Below are positions 52,401 to 63,288 of a stretch of 64,000 nt of DNA, one piece after another. A program made the position numbers and the translations under genes. The stretch spans positions 41,416,001 through 41,480,000 of the forward strand of contig NC_091986.1 of NCBI RefSeq assembly GCF_044704955.1. Direction: 5' to 3'. Every line of letters begins with the position of its first letter. Within the stretch, counting starts at the first letter, position 1. This DNA is from Pristiophorus japonicus. Taxonomy: Eukaryota. The notes below the pieces were generated by a model, which ran no database searches, had not been told where the DNA came from, and worked only from the letters and a program-made list of their open reading frames with translations.

Positions 52401-55400
52401 TAGATGCAAGAAGAATGTTCCTGATGTTGGGGAAGTCCAGAGCCAGGAGAGACAGCCTAAGGATAAGGGGTAAGCCATCTAGGACTGATGAGGAGAAACT
52501 TTTTCACCCAGAGAATTGTGAACCTATGGCATTCTCTACCACAGAAAGTTATTGAGTCCAGTTCATTGGATATCTTCAAAAGGGAGTTAGATGTGCCCCT
52601 TACAGCTAAAGGCATCAGGGGGCATGGAAGAAAAGACAGGAAGGGGGTACTGAAGTTGCATGATATTGAATGGTGGTGCAGGGCCAAATGGCCTACTCCT
52701 GCACCTATTTTCTGTGTTTCTATGTTTCTATGAGTCGGCACTTTCTGGCGAGAAGAGAGGTTGTTGTGAGCTGGGTGTGTTTTTGGGGGTCAGTTTGTAA
52801 TGAGCAATGTTAAATACAGCTGAAGTCCATCCAATTCCTATTTTGTATACAGATGCAAGGTTTTTACACAGTTAACAATGAATATTTTACAAATTGAAAC
52901 CTTTAATGTCCTAAGTCACACCAAGTCCTGCTGTCCCATCACCCCTGTGCTCGCTAACCTACATTGGTTTCCAGTTAAGCAACGCCTCGATTTCAAAATT
53001 CTTATCCTTTTCAAGTCCCTCCATGGCCTCGCCCATCCCTATCTCTCTAACCTTCTCCAGCCCTGCAACCTCCCAAGATGTCTGCGCTTCTCTACCTCTC
53101 TTTCCTCCTTCAATATGCTCCTTAAAACCTCCCTCTTTGACCAAGCTTTTGGTCACCTGTGCTAATTTCTACTTTTGCGGCTCGGTGTCAAATTTTTTAA
53201 AATCTCATAATACTCCTGTGAAGCACCTTGGGATGTTTCACTACATTAAAGGCGCTATATAAATACAAGTTGTTGTTTACATTTTTTTTTTAAGATGCAC
53301 TGCAGGAATATTGCTGGATTTAAAATGTAATCTTTTGATTTCATTTTAGCACCCAAGAGTTAGATATGCAGCTTGTAATGCCATAGGCCAGATGGCCACA
53401 GACTTCGCACCAACGTTCCAGCGAAAGTTTCACGACAAAGTAAGCATCCTTCGTTTGGATATGAACCTCTGAAATATTCATCTTTGTAAAGCAATAGTAA
53501 GACCTTGTACTTTTACATCCACTCCTAAATGATTCGTGCTAAAATGAACGCAGTTCACAATTTAACTGTTTTACCTTTTTTGTCTTTTTCAGTTGTTCAC
53601 CTTTTTAGATTTTAGGGTTCCGGCGGAAAATTATAATTGGTCTCCATTCTGCCTGGCTTTCCTGAGGAATTTGTAGAATTCCATATGTAATCGGAGCATA
53701 AAGGAAACCAAATCAGTTTGGGGTGTCAGTACTTGTTTTTTTTTGGTTTTAAATAGGTCATTTCAGCCCTCTTGCAAACTATGGAAGACCAGGCGAATCC
53801 CCGAGTTCAAGCTCATGCTGCTGCTGCTCTCATTAACTTCACTGAGGATTGCCCCAAATCACTGCTACTCCCATACCTTGATAATCTAGTAAATCACCTG
53901 CACGTTATCATGGTAGCTAAACTACAGGAGGTAAGTTGCTTTCAATATCCATTTTTGGTTAGTCCACTTCAGCTTTTAGTTGGGGGCAGGGGAGTCCTTT
54001 TAAATATTGTCCTGGCTTGTCAATTAAAATTTTGAATCCGTTAAGAATAATGAGGTTTGTCATTGAGCTAGGGTTAAATGGAATGTTTTCGGTTTGGCGG
54101 ATTGTGACAAGTGGAGTTCCCCAGGGATCCGTACTGGGGCCTCTGCTTTTCAGATGACACCAAGTTAGGAGGCACAATAAGTTGTATAGATGGGAGCTGG
54201 AAGTCACAAAGGGACATAGACTGGTTAAGTGCGTGGGCAAAAGTGTTGGCGGGCAGAGTTCTGAATGTGGGGATGTGAGAGATAATCCAAGAAAGACAAA
54301 TCTGAATATTTTCTTAATGGCGAGAGACTAGAAACTGTGGAGGAGCAAAGGGATTTGAATACCCAGGTACACACATCACTAAAAGCTAGTGCGCAGTTAC
54401 AAAAAGTAGTCAAAAAGGGTAATGGAATGTTAGACTTTACCTCAAGCGGGCTGGAATACTAAAGGGAGGAAGTTATGCTTCAGTTGGACAGAGACTTGGT
54501 CAGACTCCACCTGCAATACTGCGTTCAGTTTTGGGCAAAGCACCTTGGGAAGGATAAGTTGGCCTTTGAAGAGGTACAGTGCAGATTCAGTAGCTCAAAG
54601 CTTTAAATTGTGAAGACTGGCTACATAGACTAGGCATGTATTACTAGAGTTTAGAAAATTGAGGGGTGAGTTAATTGAGCTGGTTAAAGGAATTTGATGG
54701 GGTACATAGGGAGAAACTCTCTTCACTGGTGGGTGAATGCAGAAAAAGATAACAGTTAAAATTAGAGCTGGGCCATTCAGGAGTGAAATCAGTAATCACT
54801 TTTCCCACCAAAAGGCTGGGTGCTGTGGTTCAATTGAAATTTTAGTGGCTGAGATTGGTAGAATTTTTTTATTGAGTAAAGCTATCGAGGGATATGATTT
54901 CAAAGGTGGGTAAAGGGCGTTAAGGTATAGATCGGCCTTGATCTAATTAAACGGGGGAACAAGCACGAGGAGCTGAATGGCCTACTTCTGTTCCTATATG
55001 ACCTGCACAGAGACGAGAGAGGTTTACATATATCCTTATTCAGTGATTCCTGCATATGTCAAGATTGCAGGGAAACTGTACATATTGATGATTTGTTCTC
55101 CCTATTAGCTCATACAGAAAGGAACTAAGCTAGTATTGGAACAGGTTGTTACATCCATTGCTTCTGTGGCCGACACTGCAGAGGAGAAATTTGTCCCATA
55201 TTACGACCTGTTCATGCCATCGCTCAAGCACATTGTGGAAAACGGAGTACAGAAAGAGCTCCGACTCCTGAGAGGAAAGACCATTGAGTGTATCAGCCTG
55301 ATAGGTCTTGCTGTTGGTAAAGATAAGGTAACCTGGTTTATTAAAAGTTTTAAAGCTTTACCCAATTCAGCAGTGGTGTCCATTCCATTAACTCTAGTTG

Positions 55401-58400
55401 TGTTCTGTAGTTTATGCAAGACGCCTCTGATGTGATGCAGTTGCTGCTAAAAACCCAAACCGATTCCAGCGAATTGGAGGATGACGACCCACAGGTATGT
55501 CTAATTGTTTTGAAACAATGAGGATTTGAGTGCGCAGTCTCGCTCTGTAAGGAATCATATTGTATTGTAAATTGTATTGCTGGAGATGTGCCCTTCCTAA
55601 CAGTGAAATAGCAGGGCTGGTTTTCTAGTTTCGGGCTGGTTTTCTAGTTTCGTCGATCAGACCCATCTTTTCATTGCTAAAGATCCTGGTTATCTTTATT
55701 TTGCTCTTCAAAAAAGCGAAAGTTCCTCATGTTTTTCTTGAATCTGAGTTGAAGATTTTTGCTGCAAATTGCTCTTTTTTTTAATATAAACATTGCCAGC
55801 AACACCTGGTGTGCATGTAAAGCAGAACATTCCATGTTCAGTCCCCAGTCTGTGCTGATTGTAGCCAGGAGCAGGGGGACTGAGTTGAATGGCCAGGGAA
55901 GGGGGGAAAATCAGGTGTTTGCTACTGCTGATCGCTATTCTTAAAAACCAGCTGGGAAAGTGTGTGCCTGTGGTTGGGAACGACATTGCAGCCTAAGCAT
56001 GGTTAAAATTAGCCTGCTGATATTCGACTAAATTCTTGCATTTGAGCAGCGGCTACTTGGCCAAGGACAGAGGGCATCTGTGCACCCGTAAGTCTTGGTG
56101 AGGGGGAGGAAATTGGAGAGGGGGTGGTTGCCTTTATTTTAAAAAAATTGACCCTACTTTCTCCGGGGCAAAAATCTGTTTCATAGAATCTTGCAGCACA
56201 GGAGGTGACCATTCGGCCCATTTTATCTCTGTCAGCACTTTGAAAGAGCTATCCAATTGGTCCCTGCAAATATTTCCTTTTCAAGCACAGTTACGACATC
56301 AGGAATGAGCCCGTGCTGATTTTCGGATTTTTCCGGATTTTGGACAAGAAAGTCAAGAGCAATACGTATGCTACCGAGACAAAGTACTAATGGTGACGTG
56401 GGTCAGGCCGGGTTGAGGGTCATTCGGCAAGACTCGGCCCGATCGCACGCCATTTAAAAGATAGCGGCGAAGCCGATAACTAGTCCGGCCTGTCGGTTTT
56501 TGGACAATAATTCCTGATTTTATTTTACTGAGTATCAAATGGGATTTTCTCAAAAATGTTCGGTCTTTGGACAGCTGGATTTGAGACGTATCTGTATATA
56601 TCCAATTCCCATTTGAAAGTTAGTATTGAATCTGCTTGCACCGTCGCAATTCCAGATCATCATAGGTCACTACTTAAAAACATTTCTCCTCATTTCCCCG
56701 CTGATTCTTTTGGCAATTATTTTGAATGTGTCCTCTGGTTACTGACTCTCCTGCCAGTGGAACAGTTTTTCCTTATTTATTCCATCAAAAGCCTTTGAAG
56801 TGGGTTTATCCATATGGAAGGGTTATCCTATTAGCTGAACAAGAGAGGCATTGACTTGGCTACATGGTGCCAGATCAGAATGACAATGTACAGTTGTGCT
56901 GACATCTGTCCACTGTAAACTGAGCTGAGTGACAATACATTAAGCTGTTTCATTTTGATGCTCTTTTCCATAATGGGAATGGAATGAGCAAACTTAGATT
57001 TTCAGCATGACCCCTACTCGAGATGGGAGGAAGTCTCTGAGCCTCATCCTTGATGAGCACTGCAATAGTAATCCACTCTTCAGAATGTCAGTTTCTTGCG
57101 TGTATATTTTTTAAAAATCTATTTTTAAACTAAAATGACTTGGCGCTTTTTTAAAAAAAATCAACCAATTAACATGTCATTAATAAAACTGATCATTTTC
57201 TTTTGTACTTTGTAAACCAGTCTTGATTAGCTTTGTCTTAAACTTAAAAAATCACAAATATTAGAACATAAGAACATAAGAATTAGGAACAGGAGTAGGC
57301 CATCTAGCCCCTCGAGCCTGCTCCGCCACTAAACAAGATCTGGCCGTGGACTCAGCTCCACTTACCCGCCCGCTCCCCATAACCCTTAATTCCCTTATTG
57401 GTTAAAAATCTATCTATCTGTGATTTGAATACATTCAATGAGCTAGCCTCAACTGCTTCCCTGGGCAGAGAATTCCACAGATTCACAACCCTCTGGGAGA
57501 AGAAATTCCTTCTCAACTTGGTTTTAAATTGGCTCCCCTGTATTTTGAGGCTGTGCCCCTTAGTTCTAGTCTCCTCGACCAGTGGAAAGAACCTCTCTGC
57601 CTCTATCTTGTCCATCCCTTTCATTATTTTAAATGTTTCTATAAGATCACCCCTCATCCTTCTGAACTCCAACAAGTAAAGACCCAGGCTACTCAATCTA
57701 TCATCATAAGGTAACCCCCTCATCTCCGGAATCAGCCGAGTGAATCGACTCTGTACCCCCTCCAAAGCTAGTATATCCTTCCTTAAGTAAGGTGACTAAA
57801 ACTGCACGCAGTACTCCAGGTGCGGCCTCACCAATACCCTGTACAGTTGCAGCAGGACTTCCCTGCTTTTGTACTTCATCCCTCTCGCAATGAAGGCCAA
57901 CATTCCATTCGCCTTCCTGATTATCTGCTGCACCTGCAAACTAACTTTTTGGGACCCTAAAAGAGTTTCATGCACAAGGACCCCCAGGTCCCTCTGCACC
58001 GCAGCATGTTGTAATTTCTCCCCATTCAAATAATAATCCCCTTTACTGTTTTTTTTTTCCCAAGGTGGATGACCTCACATTTTCCGACATTGTATTCCAT
58101 CTGCCAAACCTTAGCCCATTCGCTGAACCTATCTAAATCTCTTTGCAGCCTCGGTGTCCTCTACACAACCTGCTTTCCCACTAATCTTTGTGTCATCTGC
58201 AAATTTTGTTACACTACACTCTGTCCCCTCTTCCAGGTCATCTATGTATATTGTAAACAGTTGTGGTCCCAGCACCGATCCCTGTGGCACACCACTAACC
58301 ACCGATTTCCAACCCGAAAAGGACTCATTTATCCCGACTCTCTGCTTTCTGTTAGCCAGCCAATTCTCTATCCATGCTAATACATTTCCTCTGACTCCGC

Positions 58401-61400
58401 ATACCTTTATCTTCTGCAGTAACCTTTTGTGTGGCACCTTATCAAATGCCTTTTGGAAATCTAAATACACCACATCCATCGGTACACCTCTATCCACCAT
58501 GCTCGTTATATCCTCAAAGAATTCCAGTAAATTAGTTAAACATGATTTGCCCTTCATGAATCCATGTTGCGTCTGCTTGATTGCACTATTCCTATCTAGA
58601 TGTCCCGCTATTTCTTCCTTAATGATAGCTTCAAGCATTTTCCCCACGACAGATGTTAAACTAACCTGCCTATAGTTACCTGCTTTTTGTCTGCCCCATT
58701 TTTTAAACAGAGGCGTTACATTAGCTGCTTTCCAATCCGATGGTACCTCCCCAGAGTCCAGAGAATTTTGGTAGATTATAACGAATGCATCTGCTATAAC
58801 TTCCGCCATCTCTTTTAATACCCTGGGATGCATTTCATCAGGACTTGTCTACCTTGAGTCCCATTAGCCTGTCCAGCACTACCCCCCCCTAGTGATAGTA
58901 ATTGTCTCAAGGTCCTCCCTTCCCACATTCCTGTGACCAGCAATTTTTGGCATGGTTTTTGTGTCTTCCACTGTGAAGACCAAACCAAAATAATTGTTTA
59001 CGGTCTCAGCCATTTCCACATTTCCCATTATTAAATCCCCCTTCTCATCTTCTAAGGGACCAACATTTACTTTAGTCACTCTTTTCCGTTTTATATATCG
59101 GTAAAAGCTTTTACTATCTGTTTTTATGTTTTGCGCAAGTTTACTTTCGTAATCTATCTTTCCTTTCTTTATTGCTTTCTTAGTGTTTCTTTGCTGTCGT
59201 TTAAAATTTTCACAATCTTCTAGTTTCCCACTAACCTTGGCCACCTTATACACATTGGATTTTAATTTGATACTCTCCTTTATTTCCTTGGTTATCCACG
59301 GCTGGTTATCCCTTCTCTTACCGCCCTTCTTTTTCACTGGAATATATTTTTGTTGAGCACTATGAAATATTGCTGTAAAACTTTAAATACTAAAATTGCT
59401 GCCACACCTGTATGTTGCATATGTGTGTATCGATATATAGATAGATATGGATGTACACACTTATTCATCTATATATATCCATACTTATTTCTATCTCCCT
59501 ACATTTCTGTCTACGTATATGTGCGTATGTATATATAGTTTTGTGTGTATTTGTTTTCTCAATCCAATCCTGTGGGTCTGCCATTTAATTGTTTTCTCTT
59601 GGGTGGTGGGAAATGAGATTTGAGCCCTGGGCTAATTTTCTATTTCTCATAGATATCTTACATGATCTCTGCGTGGGCAAGAATGTGTAAGATCCTTGGT
59701 AAGGAGTTTCAGCAGTACCTTCCTGTTGTTATGGGCCCACTGATGAAGACTGCTTCCATTAAACCCGAAGTAGCCCTCCTGGACAGTAAGTACAGCAGAT
59801 CCCTACTCGTTGCACTCTTCTCCCTGCCCTCATCCACTCCAAATGGGAATGTTTTGAGCTCGAAGTTGAAAATAGGCCGCCAACCAATGCGCGGTCTTTG
59901 TGATTTTGCTATTAATGAACCACAATCCTACTGACTATTGTTTTGGGAAAGCAGGTACAATTATTACAAAGTCTTTACAGCACAGGCCCATGCTGGTGGC
60001 TGACAATTATATTTAATATTAACTGTTTATTTGCACTTTACAACAGTTTGTTTATACCCGAGCTACCCTGGAATATTATCCCACGGCTCAAGTTAAGACT
60101 TATTGTGGCTCTCTGAATAGCTGCTGGGTAAAATCATCATATAAGAAATAGGAGCAGGAGTAGGCCATTCAGCCCCTTGAGCCTGCTCTGCATTCAATGA
60201 GATCATGGCTGATCTTCTACCTCAACTCCACTTTCCTGCATTATCCCCATAATCCTTTGATTCCCTTGATATCCAAAAATCTATCAATCTCTGTCTTGAA
60301 TATACTCAACGACTGAACTTCCACAGCCCTCTGGGGGTAGAGAATGCCAAAGATTCACCTCCTGAGTGAAGAGATTTCTCCTCATCTCAGTCCTAAATGG
60401 CCAACCCCTTATTCTGAGACTGTGACCTCTGGTTCTAGACTCCCAGCCAGAGGAAACATCCTCTTGCATCTGCCCTGTAAAGCCCTGTAAGAAACATAGA
60501 AAATGGATGCAGGAGTAGGCTATTCAGCCCTTCGAGCCTGCACCACCATTCAATAAGATCATGGCTGTTCATTCACCTCAGTACCCCTTTCCTGCTTTCT
60601 CTCCATACTTCTTGATCCCTTTTCCTGTAAGGGCCATATCTAACACCCTCTTGAATATATCCAATGAACTGGCATCAACAACACTCCTTCCCCAACATCA
60701 GGAACATTCTTCCTGCATCTAATCTGTCCAGTCCCCGTGAGAATTTTATATGTTTCTATGTAGTTTGGTACTACACCCTACAAACCAATAGCTCCCAGGC
60801 CGATTCTAAGTCTTATCTGCAAGCGAATCACCTAGGACAGGGGTTCCTAAACTGTTACCTGGGGTGCACAAGACATCTCAGGCAGGTTGGGGGGCTGCAC
60901 CGGAGAAATTGTCCACTGGTAGATTTTATTTATTTTCTTGCATTTTTTATAATCGCCTACTCTGGTGAAACTTTAAAACTCTGGGAATTTATTATATACC
61001 TCCAAGATGTATCAAGAAGAACACAGATAAAGATGTTTATGTATGTTGGCTGAGCGAAGGATTGGATTCAATAGTTTCCACGTGGGCCAGTTCAGTGAGA
61101 AATTGAGTGGTTGCAAGCAGACATGGACCTACACCCATGCTTCCCTTCTGGAGAGTACAGAGGGTGCTGGGGCAGGTTGGAGGGAGGTATATTTGGCATT
61201 AAGCAATCTACATCACGTATATTCGTCAAATGCAAGCATTGGGTGCCAAAAACATAGTCCTATTTTTAGTTGAAGTTTAATAAAAGTGTGCATATCCTGA
61301 AAAGCTATTTAGTTCAGATGTAGCAATGACTTATTACACTGAAATATTCTTTCATGCACTTTATAGCACTGATACAATACTGTTCTTGCAAGAGCGACAC

Positions 61401-63288
61401 CATTATTTAAAGAAGGTAAAAGTTTTGTTTAACAAGCTGATTTCACTTTTGGAAAGGAATTTTCTGAATTGCAGAGGATATTAATTTCCACCCAAAAATG
61501 GGCAGATGGAGCAATAATTATGAAACACCTTGCTGTACAGTTCTGAAACGGAGGAGCATTTAGCTTCGAGTAGGCTGAAGTTACTGTTACTAAACTTGTG
61601 ACACTTGCATCAAAATTCAGACAAGACCAAACAGTTTCCTAACAGAGTGGCAGTAACGTTTGAGCACCAACAATGTGTTCTTTTGGCAGTAGATAAGCTT
61701 TTGCATAGTTGCTGAGAATCGGCCTCTACCTTTTGAAATGGAGGCCACGCTCGCAGAAGGAACCTACTGTTCCCTTTGTTTCCAAAAACAAGTTGGTTTC
61801 TACCCTCCAAGCAAGCTTGGTTCATTTGTGTCTTCAATTCACAAATTAATGTTTTGTTAAAATTGAAACTAATATACTGTCTGTGCTGGTGTTCAATGTC
61901 TTCAGTCAACAGCTGTCAAGTTATGAATTGGTAGAAAAAGGTCTTTGAACTCCATTCTGTGGAAGTCTGCTCAATATTAAGGTATCAGCCGTGACTCGGT
62001 GGATAGCACTCTTATCTGAGTCAGAAGGTTGTGTTTAATTCCCACTCCAAAGACATGAGCACAAAATCTCAGCTGACACTTTCAGTGCAGTACTGATGAA
62101 GTGCTGCACTGTCGTTCATCAGAGATGTTAGAGAGGCCCCGTCGTCCCCCTCTGGTGGATGTGAAAGATCCCGTAGCACTATTTCAAAGTTGAGGGGCGT
62201 TCTCCCTGGTGTCCTGGCCAATATTTATCCCTCAACCAACACCTGAAATAGATTCAGGTCATCGTCATTTTGCTGTGTTTCCTACATTACAACAGTGACC
62301 AAACTTCAAAAGTACTACGTTGGCTGCAAAGCACTTTGGGATGCCCTGAGGTTGTGAACGGTGCTATAGAAATACAAGTCTATATATACTATATAAAACA
62401 GCCAATAACTTGAGATTAGAATAGGCAGAAAAATCATCTAGCTCGGATTTAATGGCTCCCTAATTGATATTGTGACAGTGGTGTATAACAACCATATCTG
62501 CACTTTTAAAATGGGTGTACAATTATGCTCTGCTCTTTTTATAAATGTCATTTTTTGACACCCTCCCCAAAATTTGAATAATAATAGAACAAATACCAGG
62601 GCACTAAACAATGAATTTTAATTCATTTTGCGTGAAGGGAAAAGTTTTTTTAAACTTGTGTTCATTACTGTACTAGAGCTAACAAAATGGCCTTTCTATG
62701 TAATTCTATTCTTGCTTTTGGCTTCACAGTTGGTCCATGTTTAACGTGGCAATAATAGAAAGAAGTGTGTTTTCCGGGACAGTTGTGTTGAGTGGTATTT
62801 TAGCCTCCTACAGCCCTCAGATCTCTGCACTGCTCCAATTCTGGCGCCTCTCGCTTCCTCCATTTTCATCGCTCCATCATTGGCAGCCATGCCTTCAGCT
62901 GCCTCGGCCCTAAGGTTTGGAATTCCTTCTCTAAAACTGTCCACCTCTCCACCTCGCTCTCCTTTTAAGAAGCTCCTTAAAACCTACCTCTTTGAGCAAG
63001 ATGTTGATCACCTGTCCTAATAGCTCCTTATGTGGCTCGGTGTCAAATTTTGTCTAATTTACACTGCTGTACACTGCCTTGGGATGTTTTTACTATGTTA
63101 AAGGTGCTATATAAATGCAAGTTGTTAAGCATGATGTTTAAAAGTACATTTTAATTTTTTTATTAGCACAAGATATGGAGAACATGAGTGAGGATGATGG
63201 CTGGGAATTTGTAAACCTTGGTGATCAGCAGAGCTTTGGAATCAAAACCGCAGGGTTAGAGGAGAAAGCAACGGCTTGTCAAATGTTG
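19399..63288 (+). CDS. IPO5: Importin-5 (karyopherin beta-3), coding exons 1-17; 3'-partial, continues past window end
   Basis: 17 GT-AG exons sum to 2043 nt (681 codons) with consistent phases and no stops. The translation ([19 protein letters not shown]...[15 protein letters not shown]) matches vertebrate IPO5 as I recall it. Confidence 0.98.
19905..20222 (+). mobile_element. CR1 3' tail fragment
   Basis: Same subfamily as 29655-29992 (+) and 32830-33285 (-). Confidence 0.7.
21120..21420 (-). mobile_element. DeuSINE
   Basis: Reverse complement of the SINE core GTTGAGGGATAAATATTGGC...GATCTTTTAC. Confidence 0.75.
21430..21905 (+). mobile_element. LINE (CR1/L2 group) 3' fragment
   Basis: [12 protein letters not shown]...[12 protein letters not shown]; tail GGGCAATAAATGCTGGCCTTGCCAG also at 33615, 34320 and 63605 (reverse). 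Confidence 0.75.
24838..25420 (-). mobile_element. CR1 3' fragment
   Basis: [12 protein letters not shown]...[10 protein letters not shown] plus CR1 tail. Confidence 0.75.
26420..26845 (-). mobile_element. DeuSINE, near full length
   Basis: tRNA-like head (GTCAGCTGTGGCTCAGTGGGTAGCAC on minus strand), core and L2-like tail. Confidence 0.85.
27221..27301 (+). CDS. IPO5: IPO5 coding exon 2
   Basis: ttattcag|[27 protein letters not shown]|gtaatt; 81 nt. Confidence 0.96.
27618..27972 (-). mobile_element. L2 LINE 3' end
   Basis: KLWNSLP...LKTYLFDQ plus tail; similar copies at 37925-38220, 39170-39430, 41105-41400, 50415-50670 and 62800-63125. Confidence 0.75.
28010..28445 (-). mobile_element. 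CR1 3' fragment
   Basis: Tail GGAGTAGGCCAT...CCCCTCGAGCCTGCTCC plus ORF2 end. Confidence 0.8.
30041..30233 (+). CDS. IPO5: IPO5 coding exon 3
   Basis: tttgcag|[14 protein letters not shown]...[11 protein letters not shown]|gttcgt; 193 nt. Confidence 0.96.
32519..32621 (+). CDS. IPO5: IPO5 coding exon 4
   Basis: [35 protein letters not shown]; AG/GTAAGT; 103 nt. Confidence 0.96.
33290..33790 (+). mobile_element. DeuSINE with a ~115-bp LINE-tail insertion
   Basis: SINE core 33350-33610; insertion 33615-33731; tail resumes to AAATGCAAG. Confidence 0.7.
35275..35420. repeat. CpG-rich microsatellite built from TCTCGC and GTTCTCGC units, inside a CR1 fragment (35037-35460, minus)
   Basis: Read directly; near-perfect array. 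Confidence 0.92.
37028..37124 (+). CDS. IPO5: IPO5 coding exon 5
   Basis: [32 protein letters not shown]; AG/GTAAGG; 97 nt. Confidence 0.96.
38416..38520 (+). CDS. IPO5: IPO5 coding exon 6
   Basis: [35 protein letters not shown]; AG/GTATTG; 105 nt. Confidence 0.96.
39670..39792 (+). CDS. IPO5: IPO5 coding exon 7
   Basis: [41 protein letters not shown]; AG/GTAAGC; 123 nt. Confidence 0.96.
40595..40715 (+). CDS. IPO5: IPO5 coding exon 8
   Basis: [40 protein letters not shown]; AG/GTAAGT; 121 nt. Confidence 0.96.
41910..43183. mobile_element. Non-autonomous PIF/Harbinger DNA transposon, family A copy 2 (inverted relative to copy 1)
   Basis: TIRs GGCCCCAAGTTTCCACA / TGTGGAAACTTGGGGCC; 3-bp TSD TAT; internal G-rich tandem array ~42415-42700. 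Confidence 0.88.
43378..43732 (+). mobile_element. DeuSINE
   Basis: TGGCTCAGTGGATAGCAC head; core GCCGTCTTTCGGATGAGACGTTAAACCGAGGCCCC. Confidence 0.85.
44206..44293 (+). CDS. IPO5: IPO5 coding exon 9
   Basis: [29 protein letters not shown]; AG/GTACTT; 88 nt. Confidence 0.96.
44725..45172 (+). mobile_element. DeuSINE, near full length
   Basis: Head, core and tail as in the other copies. Confidence 0.85.
45498..45604 (+). CDS. IPO5: IPO5 coding exon 10
   Basis: [36 protein letters not shown]; AG/GTGAGT; 107 nt. Confidence 0.96.
45760..47539 (-). mobile_element. Solo LTR (copy B) interrupted by CR1
   Basis: TGTAATGTA...TACATTACA termini; TSD GCAGC/GCAGT; homologous to 10920-11555. Confidence 0.85.
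45958..47453 (+). mobile_element. CR1 LINE ORF2 (RT) fragment
   Basis: [52 protein letters not shown]. Confidence 0.95.
48293..48993. mobile_element. PIF/Harbinger-type MITE
   Basis: GC-rich block with imperfect TIRs GGGGCGGAAATTG / CAATTTCACCTC; probable TSD TAG. Confidence 0.6.
49055..49695 (+). mobile_element. L2 LINE 3' fragment
   Basis: [21 protein letters not shown]...[14 protein letters not shown], the L2 C-terminal signature; sister copy at 52915-53275. Confidence 0.88.
50698..50822 (+). CDS. IPO5: IPO5 coding exon 11
   Basis: [42 protein letters not shown]; AG/GTAAGT; 125 nt. Confidence 0.96.
50980..52732 (+). mobile_element. CR1 LINE ORF2 (RT) fragment
   Basis: [44 protein letters not shown]. 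Confidence 0.95.
53350..53439 (+). CDS. IPO5: IPO5 coding exon 12
   Basis: [30 protein letters not shown]; AG/GTAAGC; 90 nt. Confidence 0.96.
53757..53930 (+). CDS. IPO5: IPO5 coding exon 13
   Basis: [34 protein letters not shown]...VAKLQE; AG/GTAAGT; 174 nt. Confidence 0.96.
54048..55000 (+). mobile_element. Old CR1 LINE fragment
   Basis: [16 protein letters not shown] and degenerate downstream ORF2 and tail. Confidence 0.8.
55109..55327 (+). CDS. IPO5: IPO5 coding exon 14
   Basis: [28 protein letters not shown]...[10 protein letters not shown]; AG/GTAACC; 219 nt. Confidence 0.96.
55411..55494 (+). CDS. IPO5: IPO5 coding exon 15
   Basis: [28 protein letters not shown]; AG/GTATGT; 84 nt. 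Confidence 0.96.
56288..56594. mobile_element. Tc1/mariner (Tigger/pogo-like) MITE inserted in a CR1 tail
   Basis: Imperfect termini CAGTTACGAC / GACGTATCTG, TA-type flanks, internal TTTTCGGA-like repeats; host CR1 continues on both sides. Confidence 0.5.
57263..59350 (-). mobile_element. CR1 LINE ORF2 (RT) fragment, ~2.1 kb, relatively young
   Basis: 234-aa RT ORF 58129-58833 with [25 protein letters not shown] and FADD; (TTCTTATG)n-type tail at ~57265. Confidence 0.96.
59653..59785 (+). CDS. IPO5: IPO5 coding exon 16
   Basis: [44 protein letters not shown]; AG/GTAAGT; 133 nt. Confidence 0.96.
60141..60760 (-). mobile_element. Two adjacent CR1 3' fragments
   Basis: Two tails starting at ~60141 and ~60493. 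Confidence 0.8.
61983..62380 (+). mobile_element. DeuSINE
   Basis: Head, core and tail as in the other copies. Confidence 0.8.
63167..63288 (+). CDS. IPO5: IPO5 coding exon 17
   Basis: [41 protein letters not shown]; AG/GTAAGT; 122 nt. Confidence 0.96.

Noticed and set aside
53636-53712. Type III hammerhead-like arrangement (TTGGTC...CTGAGGA...GAAACCAA)
   Set aside because: Stem III and core motifs are present, but stem I does not close next to the core and stem II lacks a proper closing pair.
55611-55651. Exact duplication of GGGCTGGTTTTCTAGTTTC
   Set aside because: Simple two-copy slippage duplication with no further structure.
16274-62060. tRNA-like A/B-box sequences at several positions
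   Set aside because: They are heads of tRNA-derived DeuSINEs, not cloverleaf tRNA genes.
19477-63166. Intronic snoRNAs, plausible if IPO5 is a TOP gene
   Set aside because: No convincing C/D or H/ACA candidate found by eye; needs snoReport or Infernal, so absence is not established.
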